From: an uncultured Planctomycetales bacterium
Lineage (GTDB): Bacteria > Omnitrophota > Gorgyraeia > Gygaellales > Profunditerraquicolaceae
Direction of reading: 5' to 3'
Length of the DNA: 49,516 nucleotides
Assembly (NCBI GenBank): GCA_964487475.1
Contig: CAZAPM010000008.1
Location: 57,187 to 106,702, forward strand
The first letter of the stretch is position 1. Every line of letters starts with the position of its first letter. This document shows positions 38,838 to 47,120 of the stretch, one piece after another. The position numbers and the translations under genes are program-made. The notes below the pieces were generated by a model. The model was not told the DNA's origin, made no database searches, and saw nothing but the letters and a program-made list of their open reading frames with translations.

Positions 38838-39569
38838 CTTTCTGATTTAATCGTTTATTCGAATTTAAAAACCTTATCTATTAGATCGTCGAACGGATTT
38901 TCCTCTTCAACGAACTTCTTGAACAGCATCTTCCTTCCCTCCTCATCCTCGCTTAAGCTGATATAATCCGAATGAGGTCTCTTGATCAGCGGATCATCCT
39001 CCCCCATCGCATAATAACGATAGCTGCTCCATTTCCATTTGGAAATATCCTCCACCAGCTCGGCGGCCAGAGGATTGCGTTCAATATAGCGGGCACACGC
39101 GAGCAGATATGACTCATGGGCGATCAGCCGGCTTTTGTACCGGTTCTGGAATATCACGCCTGCGGTTTTGTAGCGGCCGGCAAAGTATCCCGCGTAATTC
39201 TGGGTTAAGTTATGTATGAATTTCGGAAGATGCTGCGCGGACGAGGCTTGCAACAGAAGATGAAAGTGATTCGGCATCAGGCAGTAATGGAATACCTGCA
39301 CATTGAATTTTTCCAGGCACCTGACTGCTAAGTTGTGGAAAAAATCGAAATCCCCGGGCCGGCGAAAGATCGGCCGCTTGTCCAGCCCCCGGTTGAGCAC
39401 GTGATAGTACGCCCTATCGATCAAAACCCTCGCTGTTCTAGGCATATGCCCTCCTTTTGCTAATTAAGACGCAAAAGGAAGCGGGTTCTCACGGATATTT
39501 TTTGGCCAGTGCGCTGCTTTCTGCAGAGGGGTGTCCCCTTTAGGAGCGTCCCCCTTAGGGGCGTCCCTA
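38751..39569 (-). mobile_element. RAYT-like element: Y1 transposase between 67-bp inverted repeats
   Basis: 38751-38817 and 39503-39569 are inverted repeats (62/67), each starting TAGGGACG; lower GC interior. Confidence 0.85.
38855..39445 (-). CDS. HUH/Y1 tyrosine transposase (REP-associated tyrosine transposase-like, IS200 superfamily)
   Basis: YYHVLNRG, YCLMPNHFHLL (HUH), RYIERNP (catalytic Tyr), WSSY; SD AGGAGG. Confidence 0.92.
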   Translation of the reverse strand: MPRTARVLIDRAYYHVLNRGLDKRPIFRRPGDFDFFHNLAVRCLEKFNVQVFHYCLMPNHFHLLLQASSAQHLPKFIHNLTQNYAGYFAGRYKTAGVIFQNRYKSRLIAHESYLLACARYIERNPLAAELVEDISKWKWSSYRYYAMGEDDPLIKRPHSDYISLSEDEEGRKMLFKKFVEEENPFDDLIDKVFKFE

Positions 39570-40856
39570 AAAGTAGTAGTTTAGTTCGGAATAGATGCGG
39601 CTTTTGGTGCGGAATTTACCGAAGATACCATCCTTAACCCCGCTGAACGCATCCAACCCCACCTTCCACTGCCAATCCGGGGCGAACTTATACGTCAGCG
39701 AAGGCCTCCACATGAAATCCTCTTCCATCAGGCTCGAAAGCACCAGCAGCTCCGCATCCAGGTCCCCGTCCATAAAACTCTTCTTGAACCAGACGGAGAA
39801 CGAATTGCGCACGCGGTGCTCATTGGCCAGGCGCGAATCATAATCAAACAGATACCGCTGCATCAGTTGGAAATTCGTCTCCAGGGAGCCGAACAGCGTA
39901 TAATCAAAGCTCAACAAATACTCCAGCACATCCTTATCCACGATCCCGTCGGAATCCGCGGCATCGAAGATGGAAAAATGCGCTTTGTGATTGTACACCA
40001 TCTCCCCCCGCCACACTGCCTCCCCGGCTTCCTTGGAAAAAGTCGCCCCATAGGAGTGCATCCGCTCGTACCGCGGAGTGAACACATACTCACCCGATGG
40101 CTCGATCCGCCTGGCGAGCACCGGAGCCCTGTCCCAGGCATACAGGTACATCACGCTCAAGTCCCAGCCGTTAAGCAGGTACGAGACCCGGCCCCCGATA
40201 TCGGAGTTGCGCAGATTCTCCCCCGGCTCCTTCGGGTCCTGCGCCGAGAACGCGGTATTCTCCGGCACCGGATAAGGGAACGCAAACTCGCTGCCCGTCA
40301 CTCCGTAACGGTTGAACTCCAGATCAGGCAACCACACCACTTCGGCGTGAAAATTCTCCCGCACGTACTCCGCATCCACTCCCCACTGCGGCACGCGGAT
40401 CAGATCGAATGACGGCAGCAGGAACTCGCGCAGGTCCTTAGGGTTGACCATATCCGTATAGAAGGTCCCCACCGCCTCACCCCAGACCACCTGCTGCTTT
40501 CCCACCCGCACGTCGAACTGCCCCCGGGAATAATCCAGATAAGTATCCCGCAGCTCAAGCTCATACTCCTGATCCTTTCTCGCCTGCTCGGAGTAATAGT
40601 GCGTGCCGCGGTACACCCCGTCGTAGAACGCCCGGCCGCTGACCTTATACTTAAGATCGTCGGTGAATGCGCCGGAGTTGGAAAGCTGCAGCTGACTGCG
40701 CAGCTTGCTGAACTGACGGGGGTGATGCGTGCGGTAAGCGGTCTCCTGGCTGACAGTTCCGTGGATGGCTCCGGCATCCGCAGCCAAAAGCGGCTTGAGC
40801 CCGGAACAGCCAATTACCACACTCAAGATCAGGCAATACGGAAATGCGCGCATCAT
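39567..40856 (-). CDS. Outer-membrane beta-barrel protein (DUF1302-like)
   Basis: Signal peptide, LRDTYLD...VRVGKQQVVWG...D.VNP.DL, terminal Phe (ELNYYF). Confidence 0.75.
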   Translation of the reverse strand: MMRAFPYCLILSVVIGCSGLKPLLAADAGAIHGTVSQETAYRTHHPRQFSKLRSQLQLSNSGAFTDDLKYKVSGRAFYDGVYRGTHYYSEQARKDQEYELELRDTYLDYSRGQFDVRVGKQQVVWGEAVGTFYTDMVNPKDLREFLLPSFDLIRVPQWGVDAEYVRENFHAEVVWLPDLEFNRYGVTGSEFAFPYPVPENTAFSAQDPKEPGENLRNSDIGGRVSYLLNGWDLSVMYLYAWDRAPVLARRIEPSGEYVFTPRYERMHSYGATFSKEAGEAVWRGEMVYNHKAHFSIFDAADSDGIVDKDVLEYLLSFDYTLFGSLETNFQLMQRYLFDYDSRLANEHRVRNSFSVWFKKSFMDGDLDAELLVLSSLMEEDFMWRPSLTYKFAPDWQWKVGLDAFSGVKDGIFGKFRTKSRIYSELNYYF

Positions 40857-41590
40857 TCCATGAATTTTTTCATGTATTCTTTGGTGAAATATTTTTCGGG
40901 AAGTTCGGTGACAGTGATGGTGTTGTACGTCACTACCGAGGTGCGGCCTTTGACAATAGGATCGGACATCACCAGCTTGGAGGGACGGATCGCCCCGGCC
41001 AGCTCCTTGAACTCTTCATAGGTGCAGTTCTTAAGCAGGCGCCCGGAATACCCGTAGAACTCCGCCTTGCGCGGCCAGAAGTCCGCTTTCTGCGCCCAGA
41101 GGATCGCTTTGCCGTAGGTGACGGATTCGTTTTTTGCGGAAAGCTCCAGCACGTAGCAATCCGTGCCGTCGAGCTTCTCCTCCCGCAGCAGCTTGGCGTC
41201 GTAATCCCCGGAAAAATTCACGCGGGCGATGTCGCCGTTTGATACCTGGCCGGTCAGGCGCTCCTGCATGGATAAGCGCAGCGGCTTCGACACCGTCGGA
41301 AAATATCCCCAGAGGTTATTCTCCCGCATCAAAAGCACCCGGCCGCGTTCCATCTCCGGGGTCAGGGTCTTGACCACGGTCTTATCCCGGCCTTTGACGT
41401 AGACTTCGAAGGTGGAGCTCTGGGTCCTGCCTTTAGGGAGGGATGTTACCACCTGAACGTTGGTGGTGTAGTCAAGCTGCGGGCTGCGGACCTCATCGAC
41501 CTTCAGGATGATCTGCTCGGGGGTAAGTTCCTGCGCAACCGCAAAAGTACTCGCACATACAACCATCGCCACGACCATTAAGAACTTCAT
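40853..41590 (-). CDS. Outer-membrane lipoprotein-sorting (LolA-like) protein
   Basis: Signal peptide MKFLMVV..., P..ERG..LL....LW.Y.P, TYGK..LW, G.LLK; the ORF-track N-terminal extension is repeat sequence. Confidence 0.8.
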   Translation of the reverse strand: MKFLMVVAMVVCASTFAVAQELTPEQIILKVDEVRSPQLDYTTNVQVVTSLPKGRTQSSTFEVYVKGRDKTVVKTLTPEMERGRVLLMRENNLWGYFPTVSKPLRLSMQERLTGQVSNGDIARVNFSGDYDAKLLREEKLDGTDCYVLELSAKNESVTYGKAILWAQKADFWPRKAEFYGYSGRLLKNCTYEEFKELAGAIRPSKLVMSDPIVKGRTSVVTYNTITVTELPEKYFTKEYMKKFME

Positions 41591-41823
41591 AGGGACGCTC
41601 CTGTTGGGGACGCTCTTAAAAGGGACGCCCCTGAGGGGGACACCCCTGTACTCATTTTGATCCATTATTTGAAGAAATCAATAATAATTAACTGCTTATA
41701 ACAAGAATAGAAACGTCTTGTAGTTCAATCTTACCCCATGGGTGTCCCCCTCAGGGGCGTCCCCAGTAGGCACCCGGCCAAATATGTCGTGGCCGGTGCT
41801 CCGCTTTCTGCGGAGCGTCCCTA
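41590..41823. mobile_element. Non-autonomous MITE/REPIN-like element (four motif A units, AT-rich core, two inverted A units, motif B)
   Basis: TAGGGACG at 41590 and CGTCCCTA ending 41823; 41622-41645 is a perfect inverted repeat of 41740-41763. Confidence 0.82.
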
Positions 41824-43083
41824 TTTTCTTAGCGCGTCGGCGACTTCGAGACGCGAGGCCTTATACGCCGGATACAGCGACGATAAAAGCGACGTCGCCA
41901 CCGACAGCACAAACGCGAACAAGAGCATCCCCGGCACCACCTTCGGCTCGGAGAGCCAATACATGGTCGCGCCCGGCGGCGGCGGCATCGGTATCCCGAT
42001 CTTCGAGATCACCACCGTCACCCCGCTGCCGAACACCACCCCTATCGCCCCACCTATCATTCCCAGGATCAACCCCTCCAGCACGAAAAGCCTCACCACC
42101 CCGCGCCGCTTCGTCCCCAGCGCCATGATCGTGCCGATCTCCCGGATCCGCTCCATCACCGCCATATTCATGGTATTATAAATACTCAAGATCACCACGA
42201 TCACCACCACGATCTTCATGATCAAAAAGAACCGGTTGAACAACTTCACCGTCTGATTGTAAAAATCGCTGATCTCGTTCCACCCCTTCAGCTCGACGTC
42301 AAACCCCTTCGCCGCGCACACCTGCGCCAGCTGCGCCTTGATCCGCTCCGTATCCTCGGTCCGCTCCAGCATCACCACCAGCGACTGCACCGTCTCGGTG
42401 TGCAGCAGTTTCTGGGCGGTCGCCACCGGCAGCCTCAAAAAATGATCGTCATACGCCTTCGACGAAGTATAGAATATCCCCTTCACATTCACATCCAGCG
42501 CGTTGACCGACCCATTAACCGTATTGGTCAATAAGATCAGCCCATCCCCCACCTTCGCCCCGATATTCTCCGCCAGCCCGCGGCCCAGCATGACCCCGTA
42601 CGTATCAGCCGTATCCAGCGGCTCACCCGCCGCCGTGATCACGCCCCCCAGCGTCAGCGTATCCGTCGCCGAACGCAATCCCTTCTCCCGCAGCGGATGC
42701 GACTGCTCATGTTTCGCATCCACCCCCATCCCGATAAAGGCGATGGTATTCTCCCCCGTGCTGATCAGCCCCGAGAACTGCATGCGCGGAGTGACGAACT
42801 TCACCCCCGGCACCTTCCCCGCCGCCTCGATGATCTCCGCCGGGTTTTCCAGCAGATACTCGTACGGCTCCAGCGCCCCTTTCTCGAAAAACCCCTTCCT
42901 CACGATCTGGATGTGCCCGGTATGCGCCTGGATGTAGCTCTCGCGCATCTTGTAAAAAGTATCCTCGAAATACCCGCCGGTAAAGACCAGCGCCACGCAT
43001 CCGAACACGATCGTCGAAAGCGTGATCAAAGACCTCGCCCTCGAGCGGAAAATATTCCTCAACGCGATCTTCCAGGCGATCAT
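41821..43083 (-). CDS. ABC transporter permease (LolE/MacB/FtsX-like)
   Basis: IALRNI.R.R.RS, N.M.M.V.ER.REIG...ALG, YPA.KASRL...ALR. Confidence 0.92.
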   Translation of the reverse strand: MIAWKIALRNIFRSRARSLITLSTIVFGCVALVFTGGYFEDTFYKMRESYIQAHTGHIQIVRKGFFEKGALEPYEYLLENPAEIIEAAGKVPGVKFVTPRMQFSGLISTGENTIAFIGMGVDAKHEQSHPLREKGLRSATDTLTLGGVITAAGEPLDTADTYGVMLGRGLAENIGAKVGDGLILLTNTVNGSVNALDVNVKGIFYTSSKAYDDHFLRLPVATAQKLLHTETVQSLVVMLERTEDTERIKAQLAQVCAAKGFDVELKGWNEISDFYNQTVKLFNRFFLIMKIVVVIVVILSIYNTMNMAVMERIREIGTIMALGTKRRGVVRLFVLEGLILGMIGGAIGVVFGSGVTVVISKIGIPMPPPPGATMYWLSEPKVVPGMLLFAFVLSVATSLLSSLYPAYKASRLEVADALRK

Positions 43084-43748
43084 GAGCGTATCTCCCCGTC
43101 CCAGATGCGCACGACCCTTCCCGCCTGCTCCATGATCTTGGAGTCATGGGTCGAGAAGACGAACGTGGTCTGCCTCTGCTGATTGATCTTCTTCATCAAC
43201 GCGATGATCTCTTCACCCGTCGCATGGTCCAGGTTCGCGGTCGGCTCGTCCGCCAGCACCAAAAGCGGCTCGCCTACGATCGCCCGCGCCACCGCCACCC
43301 GCTGCTGCTGCCCCCCGGACATCTCCAGCGGCTTATGCGACGCCACCCGGCTTAACCCCACCGCATCCAGCGCATCCATCGCCCGGCGCCTGCGCTGCCC
43401 CGCCGGGATCCTGCGGTTAAGCAACGGATACTCCACGTTCTCGACCGCCGTCAGCACCGGCAATAAATTAAACTGCTGGAACACGAACCCGATCTTCTCC
43501 GCCCGCAGCTCCGCCAGCTTATCGCTGGAAAGCCCCCCCACATCCGTATCCTCGATCAGCACCCTGCCCGAGGTAGGCTTATCGATGCAGCCGATCAGGT
43601 TCAGCGCCGTGGTCTTCCCGCTTCCCGAAGGCCCGGCCAGCGCCATGAACTCCCCCTTCGATATCTTCAACGATATCCCGCGCAACGCCTGATACACCAC
43701 CTTGCCCAGGGGATAATTCTTCACCACCGACTCCAGCGTCACGATCAT
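43080..43748 (-). CDS. ABC transporter ATP-binding protein (LolD-like)
   Basis: GPSGSGKT, SGGQQQRVA.ARA, LADEPTANLD; start MIVTLE coupled to the upstream stop. Confidence 0.93.
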   Translation of the reverse strand: MIVTLESVVKNYPLGKVVYQALRGISLKISKGEFMALAGPSGSGKTTALNLIGCIDKPTSGRVLIEDTDVGGLSSDKLAELRAEKIGFVFQQFNLLPVLTAVENVEYPLLNRRIPAGQRRRRAMDALDAVGLSRVASHKPLEMSGGQQQRVAVARAIVGEPLLVLADEPTANLDHATGEEIIALMKKINQQRQTTFVFSTHDSKIMEQAGRVVRIWDGEIRS

Positions 43749-45493
43749 AGCTTCCCTCCGCTGTCGGCAAGCGCGCGGCTGAACGCGTTCACTTTCTTGG
43801 AAAGCGCCGCCGTGTAACGGTAATCGCAGGAAATGATATCGAGCATGGTCTCCTTCTTCGCCTTCGCGATCTCTTCCTTGGAGCGCAGCCCCGCGCCGTA
43901 GAACATCAGGAAATGCTCGTCGGAAATATCCGTCGGGATCCCCAGCTCCTTTTCCACGGAATTGCGGAAACGGTTGCACTCCTCAAGCAGCACCTTGAAA
44001 GACTTCCCCTCCAGGGTGATATCCAGCGACGGCCACAGATGCGGCGGCTTATACAGCACATACTCGTACTCCATCGCCGAGGTGATCACCGTATCATCCA
44101 CCTTGAATCCGAACACGTCCTTCTGGTCATACCACTTGGTGTGCAAAAAAGGCCCCGGAGGCGTGATCATGACACTGTCCGGCATCGTCTCCCGAAGCAA
44201 GCTCATATTATCCGCCGCCACCTTCTCCAAAGTCACCTTGCCCATCAACGGCGCGGGAAAGATCAGCGCCAGGCTCAAATACACCTTCTCGCCGGTGCGC
44301 TTCTGCGCTTCCCGCAGCGCCCGGATGCTCCAGACCAGGTCCTCGAAATTGACGCCCTTGTTCATGACCTCGTCGTTGATCAGGTCATTGCCCGTCTCCC
44401 CGCCCATGAACACCGCGCGCATCCCGCCGTAGATCAGCTCGGCGTACGACTCCGCCAGCTGCTCAAAACGCTCCCGCGCACCGCGGATGGCGCGCGAGCC
44501 CATCCCGAAAACCGCCTTCACCTCGCGGCCGCGTATCTCCCGGGCGATCCGGGCGCCGAACGCCGGAGGCGTATCCGACCCGGCAAAACGGAATATCCCG
44601 ATCCCCGCTTCCCGCATCCGCTGCATCTCATAGACCACTTCCTGCGGATCGCGCAGGGAATACTGCGGATAAAAATGCGAATGCACGCAGAAATGGCACT
44701 TGCCCCAGTCGCACCCTAAAGACTCCACCATCACGTGGATGGAGACCTTGTCCGGATCCATGATATACCTGGGCACGCTCTTCGAGCTGTGTATCCGCGC
44801 CTCCCGACGGGGAGTCTTCACTATCTTCCCGTCCTGGCGGTAAATAAGGTTCTCGAACTTCCCCTGCCCAGCCAGGTCCGCGATCCCCTGCATCACCTGC
44901 GCCTTATTCCACTCCGTGTTCTGGGCATCCGTCATATTGAGGATCAGGTCAAGCGCCAGCTCTCCCTCGCAGGAGACCGCCAGGTCAAACCCGCTTTGCT
45001 GCAGGATCCGCTCCTCGTACAGGGTCACGTGATAGCCTCCGGCCACGGTAATAATCTCCGGCGCCTTCTCCTTGATCATCTGCACCAGGCGCTTGGCGTT
45101 GGAGAACGCCTCCCCGTACCAGATCTTGACCCCGAGCACCCGTATCTCGCGGGCGATCAGGTCCTCCACCAGAAGCCGCAGTTTCCGGTCGAATTTCCTG
45201 TGCTGCAGCCGGCTTAACATCGCCTGCAGGAAAAGGGTGCACGCACCCAGGACCTTTCCCAAAAACGGCACCTTCCCGCTTAACAATACCGCATAGATCT
45301 CCCGCAGCAGCCGGGAAAGCAGCGGGTTCCCCAATGATGCGAAGAAATCGTCCCGGGCCCAGTCGATGATCTCCACGGAATGGCCCTTCTCCTCAAGATA
45401 CCCCTTGAGCGTCCCCAGGCCGTTGTCATAGAACGTGTCGCTGATCGAGCGCCTGCGCGTCGCCACCGAGTTCCAGAGGATCACCCGTGCCAT
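43745..45493 (-). CDS. Cobalamin-binding radical SAM enzyme
   Basis: N-terminal B12-binding-like region (GLGTLKGYL..GH.V, P.IITVAGG.H, EGE) and GCDWGKCHFC cluster motif. Confidence 0.8.
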   Translation of the reverse strand: MARVILWNSVATRRRSISDTFYDNGLGTLKGYLEEKGHSVEIIDWARDDFFASLGNPLLSRLLREIYAVLLSGKVPFLGKVLGACTLFLQAMLSRLQHRKFDRKLRLLVEDLIAREIRVLGVKIWYGEAFSNAKRLVQMIKEKAPEIITVAGGYHVTLYEERILQQSGFDLAVSCEGELALDLILNMTDAQNTEWNKAQVMQGIADLAGQGKFENLIYRQDGKIVKTPRREARIHSSKSVPRYIMDPDKVSIHVMVESLGCDWGKCHFCVHSHFYPQYSLRDPQEVVYEMQRMREAGIGIFRFAGSDTPPAFGARIAREIRGREVKAVFGMGSRAIRGARERFEQLAESYAELIYGGMRAVFMGGETGNDLINDEVMNKGVNFEDLVWSIRALREAQKRTGEKVYLSLALIFPAPLMGKVTLEKVAADNMSLLRETMPDSVMITPPGPFLHTKWYDQKDVFGFKVDDTVITSAMEYEYVLYKPPHLWPSLDITLEGKSFKVLLEECNRFRNSVEKELGIPTDISDEHFLMFYGAGLRSKEEIAKAKKETMLDIISCDYRYTAALSKKVNAFSRALADSGGKL

Positions 45494-45494
45494 A

Positions 45495-47057
45495 TCAGTG
45501 CCTTTCTCCTGCCAGCGTCCGCCGGTCAAGCTTGCCCAGCGGCGTGACCGGCATCTGCTCCAGGATCACGATCTCATCGGGCATCAGCAGCTCCTTGAAA
45601 TGCTCCCGGCAGTACGCCTCGATCTTTCCCCTGGCTTCTTCCTGCTCCATATGCTGGCGCAGCGTCACGAACGCCTTGATCCTGCCCTCGCTTCGCACCA
45701 CCGCGCACCGCCTTACCAGGGGCATCTCATGCAAGATATCCTCGATCTCCCGCGCGAAGATCCTGTGGCGCGCCACCACCCCGGGCAGCGGCTTCGCATT
45801 CTCCCGCAATATCTCATCATCCCGCCCCAGCACGGTAATATACCCGTAGGAATCGATGTCCCCGTAATCATGGGTGATGAACCACCCCTTCTGAAAGGAC
45901 TCGGCGTTCTCCAAAGGATTATCCAGATACCCGGCGCTCACCGTCCGGCTCTTGATCGCGAGCCTTCCGTCAGGCAGCCGCCGCACCTTCGTGCCCTTGA
46001 CCGCCCTGCCCACCGAGCCCGGCCAGAAATACTCCCGCGCCTGCAGCATGGTGATCGGCGGCAGCGCCTCCACCATCCCGTACCCGACGGTGATGATGGA
46101 TCCGAAAAAGTCGATCGCCTCTTTCAGGCGGCACGGAGGCATCCGCTCGGTACCGGTGACGATATTATCCAGAGTCTCGAGCTTCTCCTCGTGCTGCACG
46201 CACCAGTCCAGCAGTTCGATCAGGCGGGTCGGGGTAATATACAGACGGTTGACCTTATGGTGCCTGATCTGCTCCACGATCGAGGCGATGGAAGAATCCT
46301 CCCTCACCACCACAAAAGAAGCGCCTCCCATAATGGTAGGAAGGAACGTGGTCGATCCGGCGGTCATGAAGGAGACCGTACACATGAACACGATCTGCTT
46401 CTCGTTCGCCTCCATGCGGGCGTTGCGCACATACCCAAAGACGCTTTCCACCCAGTTCTGGTTGCGCAGCACCACCACTTTTGGGACGTTTTGCGTCGTG
46501 CCGGAGCTCAGATTATACGTCGAGACCTGCTGCGGATCCTTGCGCAGGCACGCCATGCTCCCGTAATCCCCGATGAAGAGATACCCTTCCCCGGGATTCT
46601 GGATCAGCGCCTCCCATTGCTCGAGGTCCACCCAGTTCTCCACCGCCACCTGCTGCTGCAGCGCGCCGATATCCAGGCCTTCCCTCCGGCGGAAGATGCA
46701 CACCTTCGGCCGGGTCTTGGCCAGAAAATACGCGTACGTCTCCTGGCTCAGGGAAAAAGGCAGGCCGAAAAAAACCGCGCCGATATAATGACACGCGGCG
46801 CGGATCTCGAAATATTCGTAACAGTTGTAGGAGGAGTACGCCACCACGTCGCTTCGGCGCACCCCCAGCGCATACAGGTATGCGCACGCTCTCTCCACCC
46901 TCGCATGCCACTGCTCGTAGGTCAGCAGCACCTTCTCTCCCGGCTCGATAAGATAATCCCGGGACTTATAGTACCGGGACGCAAAACGTATTATTCGAGA
47001 GGGCGTGGAAAGCCTTTTGAGGTGCTTAAGATAGGTTAGTAGAAGTCTTTGTCGCAC
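45495..47057 (-). CDS. AMP-dependent acyl ligase (ANL superfamily)
   Basis: SSGTT..PK, GYGMVE, WF.T.D.G..D..GY, P.TP.GKLDR; GTG start 7 nt after TTGACA-17-TATCAT. Confidence 0.85.
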   Translation of the reverse strand: MRQRLLLTYLKHLKRLSTPSRIIRFASRYYKSRDYLIEPGEKVLLTYEQWHARVERACAYLYALGVRRSDVVAYSSYNCYEYFEIRAACHYIGAVFFGLPFSLSQETYAYFLAKTRPKVCIFRRREGLDIGALQQQVAVENWVDLEQWEALIQNPGEGYLFIGDYGSMACLRKDPQQVSTYNLSSGTTQNVPKVVVLRNQNWVESVFGYVRNARMEANEKQIVFMCTVSFMTAGSTTFLPTIMGGASFVVVREDSSIASIVEQIRHHKVNRLYITPTRLIELLDWCVQHEEKLETLDNIVTGTERMPPCRLKEAIDFFGSIITVGYGMVEALPPITMLQAREYFWPGSVGRAVKGTKVRRLPDGRLAIKSRTVSAGYLDNPLENAESFQKGWFITHDYGDIDSYGYITVLGRDDEILRENAKPLPGVVARHRIFAREIEDILHEMPLVRRCAVVRSEGRIKAFVTLRQHMEQEEARGKIEAYCREHFKELLMPDEIVILEQMPVTPLGKLDRRTLAGERH

Positions 47058-47064
47058 AATAGGT

Positions 47065-47093
47065 ATGATACAATTAAACGCCTGGGATGTCAA
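47065..47093 (-). promoter_or_regulatory. Sigma70 promoter, probably leaderless
   Basis: TTGACA-17 bp-TATCAT-7 nt-GTG. Confidence 0.7.
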
Positions 47094-47120
47094 CAGCGGT
47101 ATCGCACTCGTACAGACGGG

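Noticed and set aside
41591..41665. N-terminal extension GVPLRGVPFKSVP on the LolA-like ORF, and similar GVP/GAS-repeat ORFs
   Set aside because: These are translations of the DNA repeat; the signal peptide begins at 41590.
28829..41823. GGGGACGCCCC repeats as a CRISPR array
   Set aside because: Units have a 15-bp period with only about 4-nt linkers, occur as inverted arms, and no cas genes are present.
45435..47039. Long antisense ORFs (also 1350-2366, 11120-12310, 30265-31503, 32049-33275)
   Set aside because: Shadows of real genes in GC-rich DNA, with no recognisable motifs.
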